The notes under the pieces are model-generated. The model saw nothing but the letters and a program-made list of their open reading frames with translations, was not told the origin of the DNA and searched no databases. 64,000 nucleotides of DNA from an uncultured Chloroflexia bacterium (lineage in GTDB: Bacteria > Chloroflexota > Limnocylindria > Limnocylindrales > CSP1-4). The stretch is from contig CAVZXW010000020.1 of NCBI GenBank assembly GCA_963779375.1, positions 38,762 to 102,761 on the forward strand, read 5' to 3'. Positions 1 through 10,128 of the stretch are shown here, piece by piece. Position numbers and translations under genes: made by a program. How positions within the stretch are numbered: the first letter of the stretch is position 1; every line of letters starts with the position of its first letter.

Positions 1-3000
1 GCCCCCTCCGCCACCCAGATCCGCCCGTCCGGGGCCATGGCAGGCCACCAGGGACCGCTGGCGGCGACGGGCATCCGGACCTGGACCACCGCCCCGGACG
101 CGGGGTCGACGCGTGCGATCGCATCGCCGAGCTGGCCGATCCAGATCCGCCCCGCGTCGTCGATTGTCACGCCGTACCCCGCCGTCCCGGTACCCAGCCG
201 GGTCGCGGTCATCGAGCCGGTCGCCGGGTCAAGGCGGCCCAGGACGCCGTCGAGCGTCGAGAACCAGACGATCCCCGTGCGCGCAACGGCGATCCCGACC
301 GGCTCGCCCTGCGTGGCCGCACCCCGGTACTCCCGGATCGCGCCCGTCCCGGGGTCCAGCACGCCGACGGCCCTGCCGTCCATCTCCGTGAACCAGGCAC
401 GCCCGTCCGGTGCGAGGGCGATCCAGTACGGGATCGAGTTCGGAGATGGGATCGGGTACTCGCGCACGGCTCCGGACGTGGGATCGAGGACGGCGATCCG
501 GCCCGCCGCCTGCTCGGTCACGTAGACCGCGCCCGACGGCGCGACGGCGATCCCCACCGGTCCCGCATGCACCGTGGGGAGCGGGAACTCGCGCACGGTG
601 CCGGTGGCGGGATCGAGCATCCCGACCTGGTCGGTCGCCTCCTCCGCCCACCAGACTCGCCCGTCGGGGCCCACGGCGAGGCCCATCACCGAACGGATCG
701 GCTGCGCCAGCACGAGCTCCCGGACCACGCCGGTTCCCGGGTCGAGCTCCGCGATCCGGTTGCCGTCCATCTCGCCGACCCAGACGTGCCCGTCCGGCGC
801 GACAGCGGGGATCATGAGGCCGCTGCGAGGCGTGGGGATGGTGTACTCGGTGATGCCACCGGTCGTGGCCGTCACGGCGTTCGACGCGACACCCCATGGC
901 ACGGACGAGGGTCCGGCGGTGCCGGAAGGGGCGCCGACGCCCGCGGCGGCGAACCCGAGCAGCAGTACGACAGCGCCGAACCCGACACCGGCGATCGGCG
1001 GCGCCGCGTGCCGGGCCAGCGTCCGTGGCGATGCGCGGCCGTACGCCACCACGGCCGCCGCCAGCGTCGCGATCACCACGGCCAGGAGGACCTGTGGCGG
1101 CACGTCGGGAGCCGGCGAGCCAAGGGGACCGGCGTTCACCGTCGCCGGCGGCGGAACCAGCCCGGCGAGCGGCAGGGGAACGGCCACCTCGTCGGTCGCG
1201 CCCCGGGCCGTGAACGTGAGCCGTGCCGTCCACGTCCCGGGAGCGGGCGCCAGCTCCACGAATGCGTCGTACGCCTGCGTGGGGCCGGCGTCGGACTGCT
1301 CTCGCGAGCCGGGCACGAGCAGGAGCGACGGGCCGGCATGACCCGCCGGGTCGACGAGCTGCACCCGGACCGGCACGGGCGCGCCCGGCGTGACGGGGAC
1401 GTCCACGTCGACCTGGTTCGTGCCCGCCTCGCCGGGAATGACGTTCACCGCCACGACCGTGCCGGCCGCGTCGACCGTGGACGACACGAGGTTCGCCGGG
1501 TTGTCGTCCGCGGCGATCGCCTGCTGCGCGGCGCGCGTGGCGATCTCGCCGGCCGCCGGCGTGGCGCCTCCCAGGACGGCACCTGCGCCGACGGCGGCCG
1601 CCGCCAGGACCAGCTCCGCGCCGATGGTCAGCCACGGCCCCGATCCGGTGCGGTCCGGACGCCGGATGGCTGGAGGCAGGCGCAGGGCGTTGAGGCCCGC
1701 CGGGACGAGCAGCAGCGCCACGATGGCGGCCTTGACCAGGAGCACGCGGCCGTATGCCGTCGACACCAGCGCACCCGGGTCGGGGATCACGACCAGGGCC
1801 GCGACGAGGCCGGTGCCGAGGACGAGCGCCACGGACGGCCCGGCGAGGCGGGAGAAGCGCGCGATGAGGTCGGTACGCGAGGTGCGCGCGCCGGAACCGA
1901 TGTCCGGACGCGACCACACCCTGGCGAGGTGGAAGAGCCCGCCCGTCCACGTCAGTGCGGAGCCGGCATGGACCGCCATCGCGAGCGTACCCCAGGCCGC
2001 CCCCGGGCCTGCCGCCTCGTGGCTCATGGCGGCCAGCGCGAGCAGCGCGATGACGCCGGCAGCCCCGCCCGCATACGCCCGGCGTCCGGCCGGCCGAACC
2101 GCCGACCAGGCCAGCACCACGATCGCCACGACCATGACCAGCGATGCCTGGCCAGCGAAGGACCCGGTGGCCACCTCGGATATCGCGGCGAGGCCCGCGG
2201 AGCCCGAGGCCGAGGATGCGACCGACTCCGCGAGCCCGGCGATGGCGACCGCAGCCGCCAGGGTCGCTCCGCGCTCACCCACCACGCCGACGCGCCACGA
2301 GCCGGGACTTCGCGCGGCCTCCAGGGTGCCCTGATCGGGGCCGGCGGCCCGGTGGTCGAGATCGGGGTCGGCGGCCCGGTGGTCGAGATCGGGGCCGGCG
2401 GACCGGTTGTCGAGATCATCGCCCGTGCGCTGCGACGGGCCGCGCCCCCGCTCGACGAGCGTGGCGAACGCCAGGCCGCCCAGGAGGTAGGCAAGCGCCA
2501 GCAGGAGCGCCCATCGCGCCGCGGCGTCGAGCCAGCCGGGGAAAGGCGCGACGGCCGAGCGGATCACCAGTGGCGGCGCGGGCGGCAGCTTGCCGGCCGC
2601 ATCGAGGACCCCGAACGAGTAGGCGCCGGAACGCGTGTGTCCATCGACCAGGGAGAGCGTGTGCCACTCGACCGAGTAGCGGCCCGGCGCCAGGACCGGC
2701 AGCTCGGCCTCGATGCCCCTGGGATCGGAGGGCGGGAACCGGACCGCGGTCCGAACCTCGCCGGCGGGGCCCGTGATCGTCAGCCCGCTGAAGGACGGGT
2801 TGACGGGTTCCGTGAATTCCAGGCGGACGAGCGCCGGCGCGGTCGTGAGCGTGGCGCCCGGGGCCGGCGTTGCGGACACGAGCAGCGCGTGCCCGAGCAC
2901 GGTGGCGGGGAGCAGGAGGCCGCCGGCCACCAGGCCGGCGGCGAGAGCGACGGCGGCGATCAGCGGGCCGGCGGGCCGGCGGCGCGTGGCTACGCCCCGG

Positions 3001-3074
3001 CTCAGGAGCCCGGAGCGGCGATCCGGCGGCCGAGCAGGTGGCCGAGATCGTCGAGCGCCTGGGGAATCGTCCAC
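1..3074 (-). CDS. CopC-CopD copper-resistance fusion with C-terminal Vgb-like beta-propeller repeats; C-terminus runs off the left edge and the start is uncertain
   Basis: The reverse frame (codon starts = 2 mod 3) is open from ~3074 to position 1; it is absent from the ORF track because no stop lies inside the window. My translation gives RRRPAGPLIAAVALAAG signal/TM, HALLVSATPAPGATL...YSVEWHTLSLVDGH (CopC), a multi-TM CopD-like region, another TM, then repeats like APDGHVWVGE / LDPGTGVVRE / APDGRIWVAE. GTG 3074 is only a candidate start. Confidence 0.7.
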   Translation of the reverse strand, partial: MDDSPGARRSRPPARPPDRRSGLLSRGVATRRRPAGPLIAAVALAAGLVAGGLLLPATVLGHALLVSATPAPGATLTTAPALVRLEFTEPVNPSFSGLTITGPAGEVRTAVRFPPSDPRGIEAELPVLAPGRYSVEWHTLSLVDGHTRSGAYSFGVLDAAGKLPPAPPLVIRSAVAPFPGWLDAAARWALLLALAYLLGGLAFATLVERGRGPSQRTGDDLDNRSAGPDLDHRAADPDLDHRAAGPDQGTLEAARSPGSWRVGVVGERGATLAAAVAIAGLAESVASSASGSAGLAAISEVATGSFAGQASLVMVVAIVVLAWSAVRPAGRRAYAGGAAGVIALLALAAMSHEAAGPGAAWGTLAMAVHAGSALTWTGGLFHLARVWSRPDIGSGARTSRTDLIARFSRLAGPSVALVLGTGLVAALVVIPDPGALVSTAYGRVLLVKAAIVALLLVPAGLNALRLPPAIRRPDRTGSGPWLTIGAELVLAAAAVGAGAVLGGATPAAGEIATRAAQQAIAADDNPANLVSSTVDAAGTVVAVNVIPGEAGTNQVDVDVPVTPGAPVPVRVQLVDPAGHAGPSLLLVPGSREQSDAGPTQAYDAFVELAPAPGTWTARLTFTARGATDEVAVPLPLAGLVPPPATVNAGPLGSPAPDVPPQVLLAVVIATLAAAVVAYGRASPRTLARHAAPPIAGVGFGAVVLLLGFAAAGVGAPSGTAGPSSVPWGVASNAVTATTGGITEYTIPTPRSGLMIPAVAPDGHVWVGEMDGNRIAELDPGTGVVRELVLAQPIRSVMGLAVGPDGRVWWAEEATDQVGMLDPATGTVREFPLPTVHAGPVGIAVAPSGAVYVTEQAAGRIAVLDPTSGAVREYPIPSPNSIPYWIALAPDGRAWFTEMDGRAVGVLDPGTGAIREYRGAATQGEPVGIAVARTGIVWFSTLDGVLGRLDPATGSMTATRLGTGTAGYGVTIDDAGRIWIGQLGDAIARVDPASGAVVQVRMPVAASGPWWPAMAPDGRIWVAEG
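2333..2413. repeat. 27-nt x3 in-frame tandem repeat inside the CopD region
   Basis: ggccggcggcccggtggtcgagatcgg-type unit repeated three times. It encodes PDLDHRAA(G/D) x3 on the minus strand. Confidence 0.8.
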
Positions 3075-3769
3075 GCCGCCTGGGGCTGCCGCAGGTTCTG
3101 GAGGCCCTGGCTGTCGAGCAGCGTGGTGAGGGTCGGGTTCAGCTTCCCGCCCACGTCCGCGATGCCGACGATCGCGACGCGCTCGTGCCCGTCCGGATCG
3201 AGGATGAACAGCGCGTCGGTGTGTCCCACGTCGTACGTCTCGGGCTGGTGCGTCCACCAGTCGAGCGGAGCGGGCGACCCGATCGGCTCCGTCTGGTAGC
3301 CCACGCCGAAGAACTTCCAGAGGCCGGCGATCTGGTCGGCCGAACCCGTGAGCAGCGTCCAGTCGCTGCCGGTGAGCTGCGCGAACGCGCGGAGGCGGGC
3401 GGGGCTGTCGCGCCCGGGGTCGACGGTCGCTTCCACGAACGTCACCCTGTCGCCGAGCCCGGCGCTCTCGACCGCCTGCTGCATCTCGATGTACGCCCCC
3501 GTCGTGATGGGGCAGACCTCGTGGCAGAGCGTGAGGAACGGCGCCAGCACGACGTACCTGCCGCGGAACGCGGCCAGGGACGTGGCCTTCCCCGACGAAT
3601 CCACGAGCGGGAGATCGGGCACGGGCTTGTCGAGCTGGACTCCGGTGACCGGCGGCAGCGAGGTGCTCGTGGCCCAGGCCACGCCGCCGGCCGCGACCAC
3701 GACCAGCGCCACCGCGAGCGCGGTGGCCAGGATGCGGGGATGTCGTCGCAGACGGTGCATGCCCGCCAT
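3002..3769 (-). CDS. SCO1/SenC-family thioredoxin-fold copper chaperone
   Basis: ORF 3002..3994 trimmed to ATG 3769 (MAGMHRLRRHP followed by a TM segment). CxxxC motif LCHEVCP; DPGRDSPARL and ILDPDGH blocks are typical of SCO1/SenC. Confidence 0.85.
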   Translation of the reverse strand: MAGMHRLRRHPRILATALAVALVVVAAGGVAWATSTSLPPVTGVQLDKPVPDLPLVDSSGKATSLAAFRGRYVVLAPFLTLCHEVCPITTGAYIEMQQAVESAGLGDRVTFVEATVDPGRDSPARLRAFAQLTGSDWTLLTGSADQIAGLWKFFGVGYQTEPIGSPAPLDWWTHQPETYDVGHTDALFILDPDGHERVAIVGIADVGGKLNPTLTTLLDSQGLQNLRQPQAAWTIPQALDDLGHLLGRRIAAPGS

Positions 3770-3770
3770 G

Positions 3771-4301
3771 CTAGTGGCGACCGCCCCGGCGCGCCTCGTG
3801 AAGGCCGGTCGAGGCGAGGCGCCGGATGGCCTCATGATGCGGCTCCCAGGCCTGCCAGGCGTCGAGGGCCCACCGCCGGACGACGGCGTGATAGGCGTCC
3901 ACGTCCCGCGCCCCTGCGGCGTCCACCACCGTCGTCGCGTCGGACATGGCGGGCGGATCGAGCCAGGAGAACGCCGGGCGTCCGGCCAGCGCACGCCGCA
4001 TGAGGTCGATCGCCTCCGCCGGCGTCAGGCCGAGTTCGATGGCGGCATGCAGTCCCACGAGGTGCACCCACACCGACTGGCTCGACTGCCGACCCTGCAC
4101 GCCCGGATGCTGGACCATGTAGGCGTCTGTGATCGAGCGGCCGTGCGCGAGGTACCGCGGGTCACTGGACTCGCGTCCACGGAGACCCGTGAAGAGCGAC
4201 CAGCAGCCGGGCGACGCGCCGATGTACGCGTGGTCCGGCGTGACCCCGGCGGCCGGGACCAGCGCGCCGCACCCCGTGCAGGTCGCCGACGCCACGTTCA
4301 C
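3771..4301 (-). CDS. Conserved hypothetical protein, DUF5946-like (N-terminal CxxC)
   Basis: C-terminal 176 aa of ORF 3771..4592. GTG 4301 overlaps the ligase stop (GTGA coupling). Starts VNVASATCTGCG...GCW...DAYMVQHPG. The family assignment is from memory only. Confidence 0.6.
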   Translation of the reverse strand: MNVASATCTGCGALVPAAGVTPDHAYIGASPGCWSLFTGLRGRESSDPRYLAHGRSITDAYMVQHPGVQGRQSSQSVWVHLVGLHAAIELGLTPAEAIDLMRRALAGRPAFSWLDPPAMSDATTVVDAAGARDVDAYHAVVRRWALDAWQAWEPHHEAIRRLASTGLHEARRGGRH

Positions 4302-5410
4302 CCGCCCCGTCCGGTCTCCCGGCCGAACACGCGTGCGAGCTCGAATGCGGGCGTGACCTGCAGCTGGTCGTAGCGGCACTCGGCCGGCGCACGGTCGGGA
4401 CGCCAGCGCCGGAACGTGGTCGCGTGCCGGAACCGGTCGCCCTGCAGGTGGTCGTAGGCAACCTCCACGACGCGCTCGACGCGCAGCGGCTCCCAGCTCA
4501 GGTCGCGTCCCCGGTTCCAGCGGCTCGTGGCTCCCGGAAGCCGCTGTCCGCGTGCGGCGGCCTCTTCCTCCCAGGCCTTCCAGCTCGCCCACGGGTGGCC
4601 ATCCATGGCGCCCTCGCGGAGCGGCGCCAGCTCCTCGACCAGCGCTCGCCGCTGCTCTCGGCTGAAGCTCGACGTCACCCCCACGTGGTGCAGGGTGCCA
4701 TCGGCGTCGTGCAGGCCCAGGAGCAGGGACCCCACCATCTCGCCCGGCGCGTCCCGGTACCAGCGGAACCCGGCCACGGCGCAGTCCGCGGTGCGCTGGT
4801 GCTTGACCTTGACCATCGCGCGGCGTCCCGGCTCGTAGACTCCATCGAGCCGCTTTGCCACCACCCCGTCCAGACCCGCTCCCTCGAAGCGCTCGAACCA
4901 GTCCGCCGCCACCGCCGGGTCCTGCGTCGCGGGGGTCAGCGAGACGACGCTGGAATCCGCCGTGGACTCCGGCCGGAGCGACGCGGCGAGCAATGCACGG
5001 CGCTCGCCGAACGGCACGGCGAGCAGGTCACGTGCATCGAGCGCCAGCAGGTCCCACGCCACGTACGACGCCGGCGACTCGGCCGCGAGGAGCGTCACGC
5101 GAGAGGCGGCAGGGTGGATGCGGAGCAGCAGCGCGTCGAAGTCGAGCCCGTGCTCGCCGGCGATCACGACCTCCCCGTCCACGACCGCCCGGTCCGGCAG
5201 CGCGGCCATGAGTGGCGCGTGCAGCTCCGGGAAGTACCGGTCGAGCGGCTTGAGGTCCCGGCTCTGGATCAGCACGTCGGAGCCGTCGCGGAACACGAGG
5301 GCGCGGAAGCCGTCCCACTTGGGCTCGTACAGCCAGCCGCCGCCCGTTGGAATGGCATCGGCCGGCTTCGCGAGCATCGGCTCCACCGGCGGGTTCACCG
5401 GCAGGTCCAC
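4298..5410 (-). CDS. ATP-dependent DNA ligase (LigC-like, ligase domain only)
   Basis: Intact 370-aa ORF. Adenylation motif I EPKWDGFR, plus GLDGVVAKRL and MVKVKHQRT motifs. Confidence 0.9.
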   Translation of the reverse strand: MDLPVNPPVEPMLAKPADAIPTGGGWLYEPKWDGFRALVFRDGSDVLIQSRDLKPLDRYFPELHAPLMAALPDRAVVDGEVVIAGEHGLDFDALLLRIHPAASRVTLLAAESPASYVAWDLLALDARDLLAVPFGERRALLAASLRPESTADSSVVSLTPATQDPAVAADWFERFEGAGLDGVVAKRLDGVYEPGRRAMVKVKHQRTADCAVAGFRWYRDAPGEMVGSLLLGLHDADGTLHHVGVTSSFSREQRRALVEELAPLREGAMDGHPWASWKAWEEEAAARGQRLPGATSRWNRGRDLSWEPLRVERVVEVAYDHLQGDRFRHATTFRRWRPDRAPAECRYDQLQVTPAFELARVFGRETGRGG

Positions 5411-5503
5411 GGTGTTCCTCCGGGACTCTCGAGCGTCCGGCCGGGCGCGTGGCCCCCGATCGCCCGAAGGGCCCCGGCGGCCGGACCCGCGCCGTGGCGG
5501 GCG

Positions 5504-6145
5504 CTATTCCTCGGCCTGGCCCTCGCCCTCGGGCGCTGCGCCCTCGGCCGGCGCGGCCGTCGCGGCCTCGTGCTCGAGCTCGACCTCGGCACGGGACGGC
5601 TGGACGTGGGCCACCGACTCGTCCGGGTCGGTGAGCAGCGTCACCTTCTCCGGGATCGTGAGGTCACGCACGTGGATCGCGGCCTCGAACGAGTCGAGGA
5701 CGCTGACGTCGTACTCGATCGACTGCGGCATGGCGCCGGGGAGCCCGCGGAGCCGGATGTGGTCCAGCGTCTGGAGCAGCGTGCCGTTGTGCTTCTCGAC
5801 GGCGATGGAGGTGCCGACCGCCACGAGCTGCACGTCCATGGTCATCTCTTCGGTCATCTTGACCAGCTGGAAATCCACGTGGAGCGGAACGCGCTTCACG
5901 GGATGCTCCTGGACATCGTGCACGACGGCCTGGTGCGTGCGCCCGCCTTCGATCTTGAGGTCGATGAGCGCGTGGCGTCCCGACACGCGGTTGAGGGTCT
6001 CGAACTCTTTCGCATCGATCTGGATGGGCTCGGATGCCTCGCCATGCCCGTACAGCACGGCGGGCAGGATGCCCTGCCGCCGCAGGCGGGCAACGTCCTT
6101 GCCGGTGATCTCGCGCCGGTGTGCGGTCAGTGCGGGTCGGGTCAC
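5504..6145 (-). CDS. rplY: 50S ribosomal protein bL25 (Ctc form) with acidic Ala/Glu tail
   Basis: Last 213 aa of ORF 5504..6787: RREITGKDVARLRRQGILPAVLYGHGE...HPVKRVPLHVDF. GTG 6145 sits 7 nt after GAGGA. The rest of the listed ORF is antisense to the response regulator. Confidence 0.9.
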   Translation of the reverse strand: MTRPALTAHRREITGKDVARLRRQGILPAVLYGHGEASEPIQIDAKEFETLNRVSGRHALIDLKIEGGRTHQAVVHDVQEHPVKRVPLHVDFQLVKMTEEMTMDVQLVAVGTSIAVEKHNGTLLQTLDHIRLRGLPGAMPQSIEYDVSVLDSFEAAIHVRDLTIPEKVTLLTDPDESVAHVQPSRAEVELEHEAATAAPAEGAAPEGEGQAEE

Positions 6146-6286
6146 GATCGAGTCCTCAGTGTTGCGGCAGACCGGGCGACACCAGATCGAGCCCGTGTGG
6201 CCGAACGAGCGCGCGTGGGCAGCGCTCTCGCGTGATTCGCGTCCACGCGATGGTAGCAGACCGCCCGGGTTGTACGATTCCCGCCA

Positions 6287-6988
6287 ATGAACGCAACCAT
6301 CCTGGTCGTCGAGGACGAGTTCGCCGTCGCTCGCGGCGTCGAGTACGCGCTCCAGCAGGAGGGATACGACGTCCGGATCGCCCGGAGCGGCGAGGAAGGA
6401 CTGGAATTCGCGACCCAGCAGGCGCCGGACCTCGTCGTGCTGGACGTGCGCCTGCCCGGAATGGACGGGTTCGAGGTGCTGCGGCGGCTGCGCGCGTCCG
6501 GATCCAAGGCCCCGGTGCTGTTCCTGACGGCCCGCGACGACGAGTTCGACAAGGTCGTGGGCCTCGAGCTCGGAGCGGACGATTACCTGACCAAGCCGTT
6601 CAGCCTGCGCGAGCTCATGAGCCGCATCAAGGCCCTGCTCCGGCGTGCCTACGGCGACCTGGCCGACGCGACGGGGGGCCGCGTGATCCGCTTCCGCGAC
6701 CTGGTCATCGACCTGGAGCGGCGGCGCGTCTCCCGTGGCGACCGGCGCATCTCGCTCACGGCCACCGAGTTCGAGATCCTCCGCCACCTCGCGTCACGGC
6801 CGGGGCGCGTCTACTCGCGCCGCGAGTTGCTGGAGCTCGTGCGCGACTACGAGTCGTCGCTCGACCAGGACGAGAAGACGATCAACGTCCACGTCAGTCA
6901 CCTCCGCGAGAAGCTCGAGGACGATCCCTTCGCTCCCGCCTTCATCCTGACGGTCCGAGGTGCCGGCTACGCCTTCGCCGAGCGCTGA
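6287..6988 (+). CDS. OmpR-family response regulator
   Basis: Intact 233-aa ORF. Receiver motifs ILVVEDE, DLVVLDVRLPGMDG, KPF; winged-helix C-terminus TVRGAGYAF. Confidence 0.95.
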   Translation: MNATILVVEDEFAVARGVEYALQQEGYDVRIARSGEEGLEFATQQAPDLVVLDVRLPGMDGFEVLRRLRASGSKAPVLFLTARDDEFDKVVGLELGADDYLTKPFSLRELMSRIKALLRRAYGDLADATGGRVIRFRDLVIDLERRRVSRGDRRISLTATEFEILRHLASRPGRVYSRRELLELVRDYESSLDQDEKTINVHVSHLREKLEDDPFAPAFILTVRGAGYAFAER

Positions 6989-8642
6989 GGCCTCCCCGCT
7001 GCCGAGCACGGAGGCCTCGGCTCTGTCGCGCCTGCGGCACTGGCTGCCGCGGACGCGGCTCGCGCGACGCCTGCTCCCCAGGTCGTTCCGCGCGCGACTC
7101 GCGGTGGTGATCTCGGCGGTCGTCGCGTTCGCCCTGATCCTGGTGCTGGCCGTGCTCCCCCGCCTCCTGGATTCGTACTTCTCGCAGCAGGAGACGCAGA
7201 ACCTCCAGGCTCGGGCCGCCGCGGTCCAGCAGCTCCTTGGGGCGCAGCTGAGCCTGACCGCGCGCGCCGGCCTGGTGCCCATCGTGGCGCCCACCAACCC
7301 GCCACGGCTCTCGGACCAGGTGATTGCCGCGCTGACCGGGGCGGACGAGACGGGCGAACAGTCCTTCCTGTCGCTCGAGGCCCAGGCGGTTGCACAGGCG
7401 GACCTGACGGTCCGGATCTACCTCACGCCGACCGCGACCGGCACACCGCTGGCGACGCTGCAGGCCCCACTGCGTACCAACCCCGGACAGGGGCTCACGA
7501 GGGAGTCCGGGAGCGTCTCGGGGTCCTTCACGATCACGGACCGCTACTGGTCGCAGTTCTCTGGCACCGCCCCCGTGCGCGCCGTGGTCGTCACGCTGTC
7601 GTCTCCGTACACGCTCCGCGCCGAGACCCTCCGGACGCTGTTCACCGTGCTGATCGCGGTCGCCGTGCTCGCGTTGCTGTTCGGCGTCGTCGTGTCCGCC
7701 ATCGTCGCCGACCGGCTGACGACCCCCATCCGACGGCTGACATCGGCATCGCGGGCGCTCGCCGAGGGCGACTTCTCCGCACGCGTCGCGGGTGCGTCGA
7801 GCGGATCTCCCGAGATCACCGAGCTCGCGACCGCGTTCAACCGCATGGCCGACGAGCTCGAGCGATCGATCGAGTTCATCAGGCGCGACCGGGACCGCGG
7901 CCGCGAGTTCCTGGCCGACGTCAGCCACGAGCTCCGCACGCCGATCGCCGCGCTGCGCATGTTCAACGAGCTCCTCACGGACGGCGCGGCGAACGACATC
8001 GCGACACGGACCGAATTCCTCGAGACGAGCCGGGTGCAGATCGAGCGGCTCGACTGGCTGGCGTCGAACCTGCTGGAGCTCTCCAAGCTCGATTCGGGCC
8101 TCGTCGCGCTGGACCTGCGGCCGGACGACCTGCGGACGGTGGTGGAGAGCGCGATCGAGCAGGCACGCCCGACGGCCGAACGGAAGGGCGTCACGCTGAC
8201 CGCCGACGTGCCGTCCGCCCCCTTCCGCTTCCCGCACGACCCTCCGCGCATGGGCCAGGTGCTCGGCAACCTGGTGGGGAACGCGGTCAAGTTCACGTCG
8301 GCCGGCGGCCGCGTGACGGTCGCGCTCGTCCGCACCAGGGACGGAGCCCGCTTCACGGTGCAGGACACGGGGGTCGGGATCGACGCGGACGAGCTGCCGC
8401 ACGTCTTCGAGCGGTTCTACCGGGGCTCGCGCGCCAACGAGATCCGCGCATCCGGGTCCGGCCTCGGGCTCGCCATCGCACGCTCCATCGTCGAGATGCA
8501 CGGCGGGCGGATCAGCATCGCCAGCCGGCTCGGCCAGGGCACGCAGGTCGACGTGTTCCTGCCCCGTCGTGCGGAAGGCACCGAAGTGATGGAATCTTCA
8601 CCCCCCGCAGCACTGCCCGTGAACACGGCCGTGTCACAGTGA
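6960..8642 (+). CDS. Sensor histidine kinase (HAMP-HisKA-HATPase)
   Basis: Intact 560-aa ORF overlapping the regulator by 29 nt. H-box SHELRTPIAAL, N-box LGNLVGNAVKF, G-boxes DTGVGI and GSGLGLAI. The exact start is uncertain. Confidence 0.9.
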   Translation: MPATPSPSAEASPLPSTEASALSRLRHWLPRTRLARRLLPRSFRARLAVVISAVVAFALILVLAVLPRLLDSYFSQQETQNLQARAAAVQQLLGAQLSLTARAGLVPIVAPTNPPRLSDQVIAALTGADETGEQSFLSLEAQAVAQADLTVRIYLTPTATGTPLATLQAPLRTNPGQGLTRESGSVSGSFTITDRYWSQFSGTAPVRAVVVTLSSPYTLRAETLRTLFTVLIAVAVLALLFGVVVSAIVADRLTTPIRRLTSASRALAEGDFSARVAGASSGSPEITELATAFNRMADELERSIEFIRRDRDRGREFLADVSHELRTPIAALRMFNELLTDGAANDIATRTEFLETSRVQIERLDWLASNLLELSKLDSGLVALDLRPDDLRTVVESAIEQARPTAERKGVTLTADVPSAPFRFPHDPPRMGQVLGNLVGNAVKFTSAGGRVTVALVRTRDGARFTVQDTGVGIDADELPHVFERFYRGSRANEIRASGSGLGLAIARSIVEMHGGRISIASRLGQGTQVDVFLPRRAEGTEVMESSPPAALPVNTAVSQ

Positions 8643-8720
8643 CGGCTGCAATCGAAAGCCGGCAGAGGATCGGGCCGGTCGCGGCGTCCTCAATGAAACC
8701 GATCCGAGGCACATGCTCAG

Positions 8721-10038
8721 ATGACCGAACCTCGACCTGACGACACGATCTCGTATTACAGCCCGCCGCCGGAACCCCGGCCGACGTGGTCCCAGGAAGC
8801 CTGGAACGCAGCCGCGACCCCGAGCCAGTGGATCGAGCCGTACCAGGCCCAGGCGACCCCCCAACCCGCACCGGCACGGTCCACCGGGCTGGCGTTCGTG
8901 GTGGTCGCGGCGCTGATCGCCGCCACACTCGCCTCCGCGGGGACGTACACCGCCCTCGACATGTCGGGCGCGCTCAACCGGCCCGTCCCGGCACCCGCTG
9001 CGGTCGTGGGCGCGACGGCCTCGAGCTCGCCCCAGCAGGTCGCCACGATCAATGAGCAGTCCGCCATCGTCGCGGCCGCCCAGGCCGTGAGCCCGGCCGT
9101 GGTGACGATCACGACGCAGCAGACCAGCGCGCTCGATCCGTTCTCGGTGCCGGCCACGGGCGTCGGGTCGGGCATCATCTACAACTCGAACGGGTGGATC
9201 GTCACCAACCATCACGTCGTCGCCGGCGCGAGCGGACCGGTGCAGGTGCTCCTCAAGGACGGGCGCCAGCTCAGCGGCACCGTCTACGGCACCGACACGC
9301 TGACGGACCTCGCCATCGTGAAGGTCAACGCGACGGGGTTGCCCACCGCCAAGTTCGGTGATTCGTCGTCGCTCCAGCCGGGGCAGCTGGCGATCGCCAT
9401 CGGCAGCCCGCTGGGCACCTTCACCAACAGCGTCACCTCGGGGATCATCAGCGCCCTGGGTCGCCAGATCCAGGTCACCGACGACCAGACCGGGCAGCCC
9501 GTCACTCTCCACAACCTGATCCAGACCGACGCGGCCATCAATCCCGGCAACTCCGGGCGGGGCTCTCGTCGACTCGAGCGCCCAGGTCATCGGCATCAAC
9601 ACCGCCACGGCCTCCACGGCGCAGGGGATCGGCTTCGCCATCCCCGTCAACATCGCCGAACCGATCATGAACCAGGCCGTGGCAGGCCAGAAGCTCAGCC
9701 GGCCGTGGATCGGCATCTACTTCACGTCGCTCAACCCGCAGGCCCAGCAGGAGCTCAAGACGCCCATCGACTACGGCGCCTTCATCGGCCCCGCCGACGC
9801 GACCTCGGGACAGCCGCTCGTGGAAGCCGGGAGCCCGGCCGCCGCCGCGGGCCTCAAGGCCGGCGACATCATCACGGCCCTGGACGGCCAGCGCGTCGAC
9901 TCGGCCCACCCGCTGGACCTGCTCCTCGTGACGCACTCCCCCGGCCAGACGGTGGAGCTGCAGGTGCTGCGCAACGGACAGCAGATCACCGTCAAGGTCA
10001 CGCTCGGGACCCGGCCGGCGAGCGCCGGGCAGCAGTAG
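8721..10038 (+). pseudogene. htrA: HtrA/DegP-family serine protease (TM, trypsin domain, PDZ); one +1 frameshift at the active-site GNSGG
   Basis: ORF 8721..10274 is sensible up to DAAINPGNSG. An extra g near 9555 (tccgggcgggg) switches to the frame of ORF 9667..10038 (ALVDSSAQVIGINTA...PDZ...). His TNHHVV and Asp TDLAIVKV are present. Confidence 0.88.
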
Positions 10039-10128
10039 CCGGACACCCCGGCGTCCGGCAGGGATCGCCGGGACAACGTAGAAGTCACCGTCGCCGGGGC
10101 GTCCGTCCCCGCCCCGGCAGCCACCCCG

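Noticed and set aside
229-3299. Very long ORFs rich in Arg, Pro and Gly. Examples are 229..1950 minus, 567..3299 plus, 44203..47268 plus, 55315..57882 plus, 38349..40055 minus and 10207..12162 minus (upstream part).
   Set aside because: Their composition (R/G/P/A runs, no motifs) and their position antisense to, or out of frame with, clearly recognisable genes mark them as high-GC shadow ORFs. Only the in-frame tails that match real proteins were kept.
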